Part shown: positions 40,732 through 50,047 of the stretch, piece after piece
How positions within the stretch are numbered: position 1 is the first letter of the stretch
Layout: each line of letters begins with the position of its first letter
DNA from: a virus
Lineage: Duplodnaviria > Heunggongvirae > Uroviricota > Caudoviricetes
IMG/VR virus record: IMGVR_UViG_2693429668_000006
Direction: 5' to 3' (one strand)
DNA length: 64,000 nt
Translations under genes and position numbers: made by a program
The notes under the pieces: model-generated
Seen by the model: only the letters and a program-made list of their open reading frames with translations
The model's database searches: none
Told to the model about the DNA's origin: nothing

Positions 40732-42060
40732 ATGCAACTAACAATGGTAAGTACGAGAGCATACATGCCTGTTTTTATTTCTGTTGCAATTCTAATGTTT
40801 TCCATAATAATTTTGTTTTTAGGTTTACTACTTGAGCCATTTCAAGATTGGAAGGTTACAGACCAAATTGCTGTATTGAGTAGTTTTATAACGACAGCGG
40901 CTTTTTGTGCAACAGCGTGGAACGCCTATGAAGCAAGAAAAAGTGCAAAGGCAGCACTGGAGGCCGTTAGGATAACTACCGATTCATTGATTGAGATGAG
41001 AAAAAATTCTTTCAAAGAATGGTTTGACACTTTATTAAATCAGCATGATGAGTTGTACAATAATGTCATACCAATCATTGAACAGACAAAAAAACAATTT
41101 AATAAAAATGAAATGCATTCGTTTTTTTATCCATTGGTAAGAAAGCATGAGGTTATTCAGTACATAAAACATATTACCAATATATTAGTCTATGTAGATA
41201 ACCGATTTTACATAGATGGAAATTGTTTTGATGAAAAAATGGAATATATTATTCAATTGAGTGGAAAAATACCACCGCAAATGAAGTTGGTTATTGCAGT
41301 TTTTGGATTGGACATCGATTCTCGTGAACCGCTGGATTCAAAAAAACTGTATGCTTTATTAAATAAATATGATTTTTTCAAAGATGAAATATTCTTTGAT
41401 GATGCTTATTCAAGCATGCCTGAAGTAGAGCTATTTATAAAGGATAGATTTGATAAAATATTTAAAACCAAGATGTTAAAATACTTTTGGAACGTGATTA
41501 AGGAATATTATTCTCAAGTTGAAGTCAAAGAAATCTGGGTGGTTCGTCGTCCGCAAGTTGCTTCATCGGTATTAATGAACTACCAAACACCATTATCTGG
41601 TTTAATTGATGATTATTTTAAAAATTTGCCAAATGAGGTAAAGAGCATTTTTGATGAAGCACTAAAAAAAGCTAATGATAGTGTTACGTCTATTGATGAC
41701 TATATTCATCGTTTGATCGGTTGCAGAGTCGCGTCGATTTCAGAGCATGTCCATTTCGAAAGTGAAATACTGAGTAGTGAAAAGGATGTGAAGGATATGA
41801 TTAAAAATTACATAGAGCAAAGAAAAACTGGAAAAAATGCGGTAAATCTTGGGCAGTTATATTTCTCGAGTGAGTCAGATGTAATTACAGGTGATCAGTT
41901 GAGTGATGCGATCGATGAATATGAGAAAAAGTTGGCACTTATGGCAATAAACGATAATGATGATAGTGATAACCTATTGTGCCATATCTATATTAAATCA
42001 TGTGAGATAGTTGATGAATATAAGCGTGAAACATTAAAATTGGGCGAGTACGCACAATAG
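40732..42060 (+). CDS. AT-rich membrane-anchored hypothetical protein (442 aa)
   Basis: N-terminal TM helix (and possible second), large K/E/D-rich soluble domain, markedly AT-rich codon usage, opposite strand to backbone. Confidence 0.55.
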   Translation: MQLTMVSTRAYMPVFISVAILMFSIIILFLGLLLEPFQDWKVTDQIAVLSSFITTAAFCATAWNAYEARKSAKAALEAVRITTDSLIEMRKNSFKEWFDTLLNQHDELYNNVIPIIEQTKKQFNKNEMHSFFYPLVRKHEVIQYIKHITNILVYVDNRFYIDGNCFDEKMEYIIQLSGKIPPQMKLVIAVFGLDIDSREPLDSKKLYALLNKYDFFKDEIFFDDAYSSMPEVELFIKDRFDKIFKTKMLKYFWNVIKEYYSQVEVKEIWVVRRPQVASSVLMNYQTPLSGLIDDYFKNLPNEVKSIFDEALKKANDSVTSIDDYIHRLIGCRVASISEHVHFESEILSSEKDVKDMIKNYIEQRKTGKNAVNLGQLYFSSESDVITGDQLSDAIDEYEKKLALMAINDNDDSDNLLCHIYIKSCEIVDEYKRETLKLGEYAQ

Positions 42061-42311
42061 GTTGTGCAGATTCGAAGCCTCTTTAAATTTTGCGCTGAAA
42101 ATTGTTATTTTACGGTAAGTAACGCTGTTTTCAGCGCATAAATGTCAGTGAATAATTTGATGCTTGCTGTAACGATGGTACGCTACGTAAAATCCGATAT
42201 TTATGAGACTGATTGCAGGTAAGGACTTACATAGCGCACAAAAATTGCTGATACCAGATGCAATATATGTTTAATGTCAAATTTTAGATAGGGGCGTATA
42301 CGCCCCTGTCA

Positions 42312-42866
42312 TTATTTTATTTTATCTTCTTCTAAACGAGAAAATTTAAATTGTTTATCGGTGATGGTGAGTAGTGTTACACCTTCCTTTTCGTGTAAAA
42401 GACCGGCACCGTTTGACACCATAATCAATCTATCCTTCCCTCGAAAGATTTCATAATATTTACCAGCTCCACAAGTTTTAGTTTCAATACAGTCCATGCC
42501 AGATACTGCTTCTCTGTTAAAAACACGATCTTTTGTAGCAACGGGTTTTCCGTACTCCTTTGTCAGCATTTCACTTATCTGGATGAATGTATACTTACCA
42601 ACATTACTGGTTAATGACATTTCGACTTTTCCGTCGATCAGGTTGCCATTCGTATGCGGTTCTTTTTCAGTCGGACTATTTTTATCTTGAAGAATAAACA
42701 CTTCAACATTTTGTGTTAGCTTCTTGAATTGGGCTTTATAATTTTGTTCAAGTTCACTTTTATCTTTGCCTATTAACGTTAATTCATCTATTTCAGATTC
42801 GTTACACCCTGTTAGTGTTAACGCAATTATTAGAGATGCGAAAATATTGAGATGGCACTTCTTCAT
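42312..42866 (-). CDS. lipoprotein (184 aa)
   Basis: signal peptide with lipobox LTGC; AT-rich. Confidence 0.55.
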   Translation of the reverse strand: MKKCHLNIFASLIIALTLTGCNESEIDELTLIGKDKSELEQNYKAQFKKLTQNVEVFILQDKNSPTEKEPHTNGNLIDGKVEMSLTSNVGKYTFIQISEMLTKEYGKPVATKDRVFNREAVSGMDCIETKTCGAGKYYEIFRGKDRLIMVSNGAGLLHEKEGVTLLTITDKQFKFSRLEEDKIK

Positions 42867-42982
42867 TAATTTGTCTCCATGTTTAACTGCTGCGATCTAA
42901 TCAGGAACATGAAGGCAGTCTAACGCTGCCTCGGATCAAAGCGATAAAACGATACGTGAATATAACTAAGTGTCAACAAATC

Positions 42983-43005
42983 AAAAAAGGGGCCGAAGCC
43001 CCTTT
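42983..43005 (-). terminator. rho-independent terminator downstream of tRNA cluster
   Basis: hairpin GGGGC-CGAA-GCCCC with A6 on plus strand (T6 on minus strand). Confidence 0.6.
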
Positions 43006-43159
43006 GAATTTTGCGCTGAAAAAAGTGTTGCTAGGATGTTAGCAAGCTATGGTTAAGAACGTCTGCCGTAATTGTCTATCACAGCGTTGAGCGGTCTGGT
43101 TTATGTTAGCGGAGTCTTAATCTGGTTGATTAAAAGGCCAAACCGCTCAACGCTGTGTC

Positions 43160-43246
43160 TGGCGGAGAGTAATGGAATCGAACCATCATCGTTTGCACAA
43201 TGGGACGGTTTTCAAGACCGCTTGAGCACCATGCTCCCTACTCTCC
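43160..43246 (-). tRNA. tRNA-Ser (anticodon UGA)
   Basis: 87-nt cloverleaf with encoded CCA, anticodon loop CUUGAAA, long variable arm, T-loop TTCGATT. Confidence 0.8.
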
Positions 43247-43540
43247 AATTGTGTTGTGTGCTCCGTTTCGTGGAGCTAACGGCGGGTGATCAGACCGCAC
43301 CAGGTTGGACGTATTTCAGCGTTATGCTGTTGCAAGAGAGCCAAATTGTGATGGCCGGTGCTGATCTCCGGCATTGCCTACGTTAGCGGCCTTCAGGCAG
43401 TTCATCCGCTTGCTTCTACGTCGCACATCAGCCTGTGCATTCACCACAATGTTGAGAACACTGGTTGTCACGCTGCAACGCAACATTATATTCATAAATT
43501 GGGATATGAACCCGTTACGCCAATGTTCTCAATATTATGT

Positions 43541-43616
43541 TGGTGCCGGTTAACGGACTTGAACCGCTGGCCATTTGCTTACAAAGCGACTGCTCTACCA
43601 ACTGAGCTAAACCGGC
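43541..43616 (-). tRNA. tRNA-Thr (anticodon UGU), two mismatches in anticodon stem
   Basis: 76 nt; acceptor/D/T arms canonical; loop TTTGTAA; possibly pseudo-tRNA. Confidence 0.6.
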
Positions 43617-43620
43617 AATT

Positions 43621-43707
43621 TGGTGGGGAGTGATGGAGTCGAACCACCCGAGTCGCAATGACAGTAGATTTACAGTCTACACCGCTACCTCTACGGACTA
43701 ACTCCCC
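43621..43707 (-). tRNA. tRNA-Tyr (anticodon GUA)
   Basis: 87 nt; anticodon arm GTAGA-CTGTAAA-TCTAC; long variable arm. Confidence 0.8.
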
Positions 43708-43712
43708 TAAAT

Positions 43713-43787
43713 TGGCGATGGTGGGTGGATTCGAACCACCGATCAGTTGGTTAACAGCCAACTGCTCTACCGCTGAGCTACACCATC
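43713..43787 (-). tRNA. tRNA-Asn (anticodon GUU)
   Basis: 75 nt; anticodon arm GTTGG-CTGTTAA-CCAAC; T-arm GGTGG-TTCGAAT-CCACC. Confidence 0.85.
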
Positions 43788-44545
43788 AATTCAGCACTGC
43801 CAGTATTTATTACTCAGCAGTGCCAATCGCGGCGGTGTTAGTTTTTGCCAATAAACGCACCGCTACTTGCACTTTTCGTTAGTGCCAGACGTTTTCGACT
43901 TCGCTCAATAGAAGGCAAAATCTTTAAGTAGATGATGTTTCTGAGGACAGCACCTACTTTGTAATTTACATAATGCGGTGTATGGAATCATTTGTTGTGA
44001 AAACAGGCACCAATGGCAACAGTGGTTAAACCTACACAACAATCCTGTCTTCACAACGTTGAGGCCACTACCCCGATTGAATGTTTGCCCAACATGTTAC
44101 ATATCAACGTTCGCCAGTATCTCTGTGAATAGAACCTTAGAATTGATAAAAATGTAATGGCCTCAACGTTGTGTGCTGGCTAACCATACCAGCCGGGCTA
44201 CGTCGCCGCTTTTTAACCCAGTATAAACGACATAATTGAACAAAATGACGTAACAGGATGGGCGGTCAGTGGCTAAGAATCCGGGAGTGATATGGAGTTG
44301 GAAATATACCGACCGCCCATTCTGTTACTTCATCGGAGAGGGCATGGGTGGTGCCGTATCATGCCCTCTCCTGCGTTCTGCAATCACACTCGCTCAGTGT
44401 GTCCCATTTCGGTAACGAGGCTGGAAACTGACCTCGCTGGTGTTTGGCTTATTAGGCTACTGCCAGATAGACTTCTTCGTTTGCACTTGTATTTAAGTTC
44501 AAACAGTCGCGTCTCAACGAAAACAAAGCCATCTTATACATAAAA

Positions 44546-44567
44546 GATAAGTAAGTAAATACTTATC
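44546..44567 (-). promoter_or_regulatory. class-A palindromic motif GATAAGTAAGTAAATACTTATC
   Basis: upstream (minus-strand sense) of the structured noncoding region and tRNA cluster. Confidence 0.4.
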
Positions 44568-44576
44568 GTGATGTTT

Positions 44577-44867
44577 TTATTCGGTTGTGACTTTTTTGAT
44601 CATGGCCACTCTACGATCAGGTGTTCTTGTGATGGTTGCAGTGAATCGTTTCGCTTGGATAGTAATGGTTTCGTTCTCCTTAAGTTGCCCGTAGCGAGTT
44701 TCCACCAGGGTGCCAAGACGCCACAGGCAATCATCGATACGTTTATGACTGGCAAATTTAATCAGCAGCAGTTTTACGACTAACTGACCTACGTAAAAGG
44801 CGAATCCGACTCCAGTCGCGATGAAATAGTGTACCAACCACCAGTCCCAAGAAGTTAAATTGCTCAT
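44577..44867 (-). CDS. membrane protein (96 aa)
   Basis: N-terminal hydrophobic helices. Confidence 0.4.
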   Translation of the reverse strand: MSNLTSWDWWLVHYFIATGVGFAFYVGQLVVKLLLIKFASHKRIDDCLWRLGTLVETRYGQLKENETITIQAKRFTATITRTPDRRVAMIKKVTTE

Positions 44868-45012
44868 TTTCTCACCTTTGTTTCATGAATTACCCGATAC
44901 ACACGCTTTCCGATGCACAGTGTTTTGGTTTTAAGTTCCTGCTTAATTAAGTCACGACAGATGCCGAAGCCGATAAGGAAACCAGCCATAAAAGCTAATG
45001 AGATGTATGGAA

Positions 45013-45228
45013 TCATTCTAACGCTCCTGATTCTACTAATTGCTGTAGCAATACTTTCCCTTTATCAGTTAACTGGTAGTTGGCCGAGCACCACGTTTCA
45101 GAAACGTTTGCAACCAACCCTAACCGCTCTAACTTAGCCCGCGTTTTAGGCTTCCAGTACTCAGGGAACTCCGGCCACTTACTGATTTCATGAAGCGTTT
45201 CCTTCTCCCGCTTACTTAATACGATCAT
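45013..45228 (-). CDS. hypothetical protein (71 aa)
   Basis: ORF track. Confidence 0.4.
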   Translation of the reverse strand: MIVLSKREKETLHEISKWPEFPEYWKPKTRAKLERLGLVANVSETWCSANYQLTDKGKVLLQQLVESGALE

Positions 45229-45387
45229 CCTTAATCTCCTTCACTGTGTGGGTTATTTCTACAATGCGATAAATACGACCGCGTCGTTCTATAACACCGC
45301 TTTTAATGTAGTCATTGATGCAACTGGACATCACCACAATACCGATTAAAAAACCAACCGCTAAAAATGCAATCATCCAGCCGAGCA

Positions 45388-46710
45388 TCATTCTTTATCT
45401 CCGATTCGATCTTCTGTATCGCGTAAGCAACGCGGCCATTTCAGTCGTGGGTGGCGTAAGCTGCCGTCCGGTGTTTTCTCGTGACAATGAACCTCAACAA
45501 TACGACCACGGTACTTCTCTTTGTTGTTCCAGATCTCGTCCAGATATTTATGCTTAATGCCGCTCGCACGAACAATCACACCGTTTTCAAGGCGAATAAC
45601 AATTTTTCCAAGCGTGTTGGCAAAACCAGAGTCCGGGTCGCCCGACTCAAAGTCGATAATTTCACCATCTTCTGAATCTTCGTCTTTTAACTTCCACCAG
45701 CTGCGGGTACGTTTAAACTCGTAAACAGAGTTCGGATCTTTGCCCATCTCCCCTTCTTCGTTATCGTCAAGGCGTTTCATGAAGCGTTCGATGAAGTCTT
45801 CGTGGCTATGGATGATATAGAACGGATGCAGGTGAATGTCTTGTGTGTAGCCTTCACTGCGATCGTTTTTGAACAACGCCACGAGAATAGCCAGGCGCTC
45901 TTTCAGCTTCATACCTGTCTTTGCATACTCTTTGGATTTAGCCTGTGCCCGCCATTCCGGTAGGAAGAAGTCGAAAACATGATAAATAGCGCCAATTGCC
46001 TGCACGTTCTTTTTGCGCAATGCAGATACGGACTGGTTAAATGAACCGGCTGTTCCTTCACCATCGAAGAAGATGTGTTTGTGGCCTGAAAGTTTGCCTA
46101 ATTCGAGCATTGCTGGCTTTAGGTGATCGAGAGACGTGATTGGATTACCAGTACGAGAAAGGAAGTTAACCTCTTCCTCGTCAACAATAACCTCGCAAAT
46201 TACTCGCAAACCATCGAGCTTAAGACTGCCAATCATCGGCCATTTTGCTTTAGGGTTTGGCTTGAAGGGGTATTTGTCGCCTTTTTCTTTATACGGTGAC
46301 GCCAGCTGCACCTCGAATTTCGGAATGGGATTTTCAAAAACCTTGTTGCATAGGCTAATCCCAACACCCGCTTTCGGGTCTTTTAAGAGGAAACGACGGA
46401 ACACGTCCTGCCCATCGGCGCACATTGACGCCACGATAGACTCAACAGCAGCTATTGCTGCGTTCCCCGTCAGCTCGCGAGAGGCCAGCTTATTCAGTAC
46501 ATCAATGGCTTTTTCGTCACTTGGGACGGACTCACTAAGCGGCTCTGCCACTTTGTATTTCTTTACCCCAAAACGGATGAAAGGGTTGAGCATCAATGAA
46601 ACCATGCTTTGTTCAAAGTCATCCATGTTGGCCAATGCCTCTTTTTTTGCATTGGTTCCCATAGCTTTCATTTCGTCCAGCTTATGCTTAAGTGCGATCA
46701 ACTTTTTCAT
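45388..46710 (-). CDS. ATP-dependent DNA ligase
   Basis: adenylation motif I KLDGLR; 440 aa. Confidence 0.8.
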   Translation of the reverse strand: MKKLIALKHKLDEMKAMGTNAKKEALANMDDFEQSMVSLMLNPFIRFGVKKYKVAEPLSESVPSDEKAIDVLNKLASRELTGNAAIAAVESIVASMCADGQDVFRRFLLKDPKAGVGISLCNKVFENPIPKFEVQLASPYKEKGDKYPFKPNPKAKWPMIGSLKLDGLRVICEVIVDEEEVNFLSRTGNPITSLDHLKPAMLELGKLSGHKHIFFDGEGTAGSFNQSVSALRKKNVQAIGAIYHVFDFFLPEWRAQAKSKEYAKTGMKLKERLAILVALFKNDRSEGYTQDIHLHPFYIIHSHEDFIERFMKRLDDNEEGEMGKDPNSVYEFKRTRSWWKLKDEDSEDGEIIDFESGDPDSGFANTLGKIVIRLENGVIVRASGIKHKYLDEIWNNKEKYRGRIVEVHCHEKTPDGSLRHPRLKWPRCLRDTEDRIGDKE

Positions 46711-47177
46711 TGTTGTTTTGCCTCCATATGTTGATCGATTTGCTCATGTGTTTCTTTTGTTGTTTCTTCAATCAACGCCGCATACACGTCAGTGATCGCT
46801 GTTTGTGATGTGGCGCTCTTCTTAACCATGCTATTAATCATTACACTGTCACGTTTTCGTTTTATAGTTCTGGCTTGTTTATTCCGTTCTTCAACCTCCT
46901 TAATGAGTGCGGTCATATCTTCGAAATACAGAGATTCTCCTTTACGAATCTCTTCAACCATCATTTTTAACGCCTTGCATTTGCCTGCTTTAATAGCGGT
47001 TGCGCACGACTGGAAAGACGTTCGAGGAAGACGGTTTTCTTTGAAGGCAAGAATGGTGTGCTGGCAAACGGAGTAGCTGCAATATGCCGACTCACCGTTT
47101 ATCTTTACTTCCTCACAACGAAGTGAATAACCGTTATTTCCTGAAATAGAAGGGACTTTTGACAAATCAGCTTTCAC
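46707..47177 (-). CDS. hypothetical protein (156 aa), Cys-containing N-terminal region
   Basis: ORF track. Confidence 0.45.
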   Translation of the reverse strand: MKADLSKVPSISGNNGYSLRCEEVKINGESAYCSYSVCQHTILAFKENRLPRTSFQSCATAIKAGKCKALKMMVEEIRKGESLYFEDMTALIKEVEERNKQARTIKRKRDSVMINSMVKKSATSQTAITDVYAALIEETTKETHEQIDQHMEAKQQ

Positions 47178-47244
47178 AATTACCGCCAGAAATAATCTTG
47201 TGCTTACCTATCATTATTTGCGTAAAAAACGACACACAGAGAGC

Positions 47245-48027
47245 TTACCAACTTCCCCAGCTAATCATCTTGCGCTGATCGCTTTCTAAGCGATAGGGGG
47301 CAAGAAGCTCTGTGACATGATTGGTGGCGTATGATTTGGCCTCTTGCTCTATCATCGGTAATTCGTTAGCAATCCTGACCATCTTCCCAGCAAATTCCGC
47401 CATTACGCCATCACACGCCTTACCCGCATCAACAATGATATGCACAAGATCCAACTGGCTTTTGCACATGTCCCAAAGAGTCGAATATTCGCTCTCCCTG
47501 ATTAGGTTTACAGCATCATTAGCCCCTTTATTAATCAAAACCTCCAACAGATTTGTCGGGGTGACGAAATCGGCTTTCAGAGACAATGTTGGTTCAGCTT
47601 TTACCGACAGCAAGTAATCTTCAAAGTTTTGCTTGTCTTCCAGCAAAGCTAAACTACGCATAGCTCGAATTGATTCTCGAATAACGGCTTCAATATGTTC
47701 GTCACCTGGAGGACAGATAATGGTATCTGTATAGATGACTCTGCCATCAAACCACGCCCCAACCTGCACTTTTAGAGTTCGTAAGTTTTCTTTGCGTACA
47801 AAAACAACTAATGCAGAACGTCGTGCATGTGCAGGTTCGCCCCATACGCACAACTTAACCTTCAGATAAGGTAGCCCCGGTAGAGGGATCTCGACCAAAC
47901 GAGTGGCGATATGATCCATTGCCGTATTGACGGCTTTTTCAATGATGTCTAGCCGATTGCTCTCGCTGATTTCTAAACCAGTTTTATCAATGATGTTGCA
48001 GGCTAATCTCTTAATTTCTTCTTTCAT
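47245..48027 (-). CDS. hypothetical protein (260 aa)
   Basis: ORF track; class-A motif upstream. Confidence 0.5.
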   Translation of the reverse strand: MKEEIKRLACNIIDKTGLEISESNRLDIIEKAVNTAMDHIATRLVEIPLPGLPYLKVKLCVWGEPAHARRSALVVFVRKENLRTLKVQVGAWFDGRVIYTDTIICPPGDEHIEAVIRESIRAMRSLALLEDKQNFEDYLLSVKAEPTLSLKADFVTPTNLLEVLINKGANDAVNLIRESEYSTLWDMCKSQLDLVHIIVDAGKACDGVMAEFAGKMVRIANELPMIEQEAKSYATNHVTELLAPYRLESDQRKMISWGSW

Positions 48028-48068
48028 ACCAACTCCTAGCTAACGGATGAAAGTATTCTTACAAAAAC

Positions 48069-48089
48069 TTAAGTATGTATCTACTTATC
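48069..48089 (-). promoter_or_regulatory. class-A palindromic motif TTAAGTATGTATCTACTTATC
   Basis: upstream of gene starting at 48027. Confidence 0.4.
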
Positions 48090-48152
48090 ATTTTAGGTGC
48101 AATAGTTCTTTATACTAAGATGCCGGGCATATCCTCAGCCCAGCATTCACCT

Positions 48153-48566
48153 TTAATGAGCTACAGCCTCACTGTTGCACATCTTTCTGTAGACCTGCTT
48201 ATAACGCTGTAAATCATGAGGATCATTAGGTGCCAACGACTTCGATAGGATTTTGTATACCACCCCTTTTGAAAACATGCCCTTTGGCTTCATTTCGAGT
48301 TCAACAACATATGAGTGATAGCCCACGTATGCACCAAAGCCATTTTTGGCGTTTAATTCACCACACACAAAGCCTGTCACACTCCCATCATCATGATCAG
48401 TCCTGACAAACTTATCTTTCCTAAACATCACCGACGTGGGATCTTTCATATCATCCGCAATTGCCTGTTGGCCCAGAGTAATAGCCTTCTCGTCTGTAGG
48501 CTTACACCCAACTAATGCAAACAACGACAATAAAGCACCTGTTAAAATCAACTTCTTTTTGCGCAT
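48153..48566 (-). CDS. lipoprotein (137 aa)
   Basis: signal peptide with lipobox LVGC. Confidence 0.5.
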   Translation of the reverse strand: MRKKKLILTGALLSLFALVGCKPTDEKAITLGQQAIADDMKDPTSVMFRKDKFVRTDHDDGSVTGFVCGELNAKNGFGAYVGYHSYVVELEMKPKGMFSKGVVYKILSKSLAPNDPHDLQRYKQVYRKMCNSEAVAH

Positions 48567-48793
48567 TTTGACTTCCCTTTATTTATATTTATCGTAGGTA
48601 TTAGTTAACCAAAACACGAGCCGTGTCACAATAATTCCATAGCTCATTATTTCCATCAGTGATTAATATCACATCAACTTTACAGTTCATAAATTATCAA
48701 AGCTGACAGATTAACTAAATTTAAGTACCCTTTTCGCACACTTGACGCTTGCCGCGTCTAAACTGTTCATCCTATATCAACAGAACATAAAAT

Positions 48794-50047
48794 ATGAAAC
48801 TCATAAAACCTTCATCGTTGCTGGCATTAGCTTTGCTTTTCGGCCCTGGATACGTTAACGCAGATAATAAACAAACGCTGATCGACGCCGCCACCGCAGG
48901 AGATACCACAGCACAAAGTGCGTTAGGGACAAATTATTTGGATGGGGCTAATGGCTTTGATGAGGATTTAGTAGAGGCCAAGAAGTGGATCGATCTCGCC
49001 GCAGAAAAGGGAGATAAAGTAGCATATTATGCGCTTGGGGTTATGTACACAATTGGGAAGGGAGTAGATAAAGATCTAAATAAGGCCGTTGAGTACTACA
49101 AACTAGCAGGAAATGCTCGCAACGGCAGTGCTTACCATAATCTTGCCGTTATATACGAACGAGGTTGGACTGGAAAGGAGGACCCAGAAGCTGCTTTAAA
49201 ATATCACAAACTAGCAGTAGAAGCTGGTGATATACCTTCGCTTGCCTATATGGGATATTTATATCAATACGGTAAGGGAGTTCCGAAAGATTACAAGAAA
49301 GCATTTAAATCTTATAAAAAGGCTGCGGATAGTGGAAATGCCGCAGGAATGTATGGGCTAGGCTCTATGTACGACGATGGTGTTGCTGTTAAGCGCAACA
49401 ATAAAGAGGCAATTAAGTGGTACTTGAAAGCAGCTGAATTAGGAAATAATAACGCCATGAGCGCGCTTGGATACAAGTTGATGCATGGAGAAGGTATAAA
49501 AAAAGACTATTCGAAGGCCAGAAGTCTTTTAGAACAAGCAATCAGCTTAGGAAATGATTATGCCATGAACCACCTTGGTTACATGTATCTTAAGGGATTG
49601 GGCGTCAAACAGGATTATCGGAAAGCATCAGAGCTTTACCAAGCTGCTTGCGATAAAGATGACGAAACGGGCTGCGAAAACGTTGCTGCAATGAAAGCAA
49701 AAGGTACGTTCCGTTCGCCTTCAAAACAGCAAAATGCCAAATCTGACACTCAGCGACTTATTGCTAAATCCATTGATAAAGGCGTTAACGCAACATTTAC
49801 CTGGCAGGGTGATGATGCCGTCTTCACCGCTAATGATGGCAAAGTTGACTGCACCTTCTTGAAGGATTTTTCAGAGAAAGGAGGCAATCTGGCTACCTCG
49901 TTTGTTTGCACCGATAACGTTCAAATCATCCTGAAGCAATTCAGAGATACCAAGAATGCCTACCTCGCGGTAATGACTGACAACTTCAACACAGAAGTTA
50001 AATCATTTTCGGTCAATGTTTACGTGACTAATACTGGTTCAAACTAA
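48794..50047 (+). CDS. secreted Sel1-repeat (TPR-like) protein
   Basis: signal peptide; tandem ~36-aa Sel1-like repeats (A..LG.MY..G.GV.KD...A..WY.KAA). Confidence 0.65.
   Translation: MKLIKPSSLLALALLFGPGYVNADNKQTLIDAATAGDTTAQSALGTNYLDGANGFDEDLVEAKKWIDLAAEKGDKVAYYALGVMYTIGKGVDKDLNKAVEYYKLAGNARNGSAYHNLAVIYERGWTGKEDPEAALKYHKLAVEAGDIPSLAYMGYLYQYGKGVPKDYKKAFKSYKKAADSGNAAGMYGLGSMYDDGVAVKRNNKEAIKWYLKAAELGNNNAMSALGYKLMHGEGIKKDYSKARSLLEQAISLGNDYAMNHLGYMYLKGLGVKQDYRKASELYQAACDKDDETGCENVAAMKAKGTFRSPSKQQNAKSDTQRLIAKSIDKGVNATFTWQGDDAVFTANDGKVDCTFLKDFSEKGGNLATSFVCTDNVQIILKQFRDTKNAYLAVMTDNFNTEVKSFSVNVYVTNTGSN

Noticed and set aside
43072-43882. Plus-strand ORFs 43072-43386, 43358-43633, 43658-43882 and minus-strand 43579-43761
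   Set aside because: They overlap the four tRNA genes and their flanks and have no RBS or coding-like composition.
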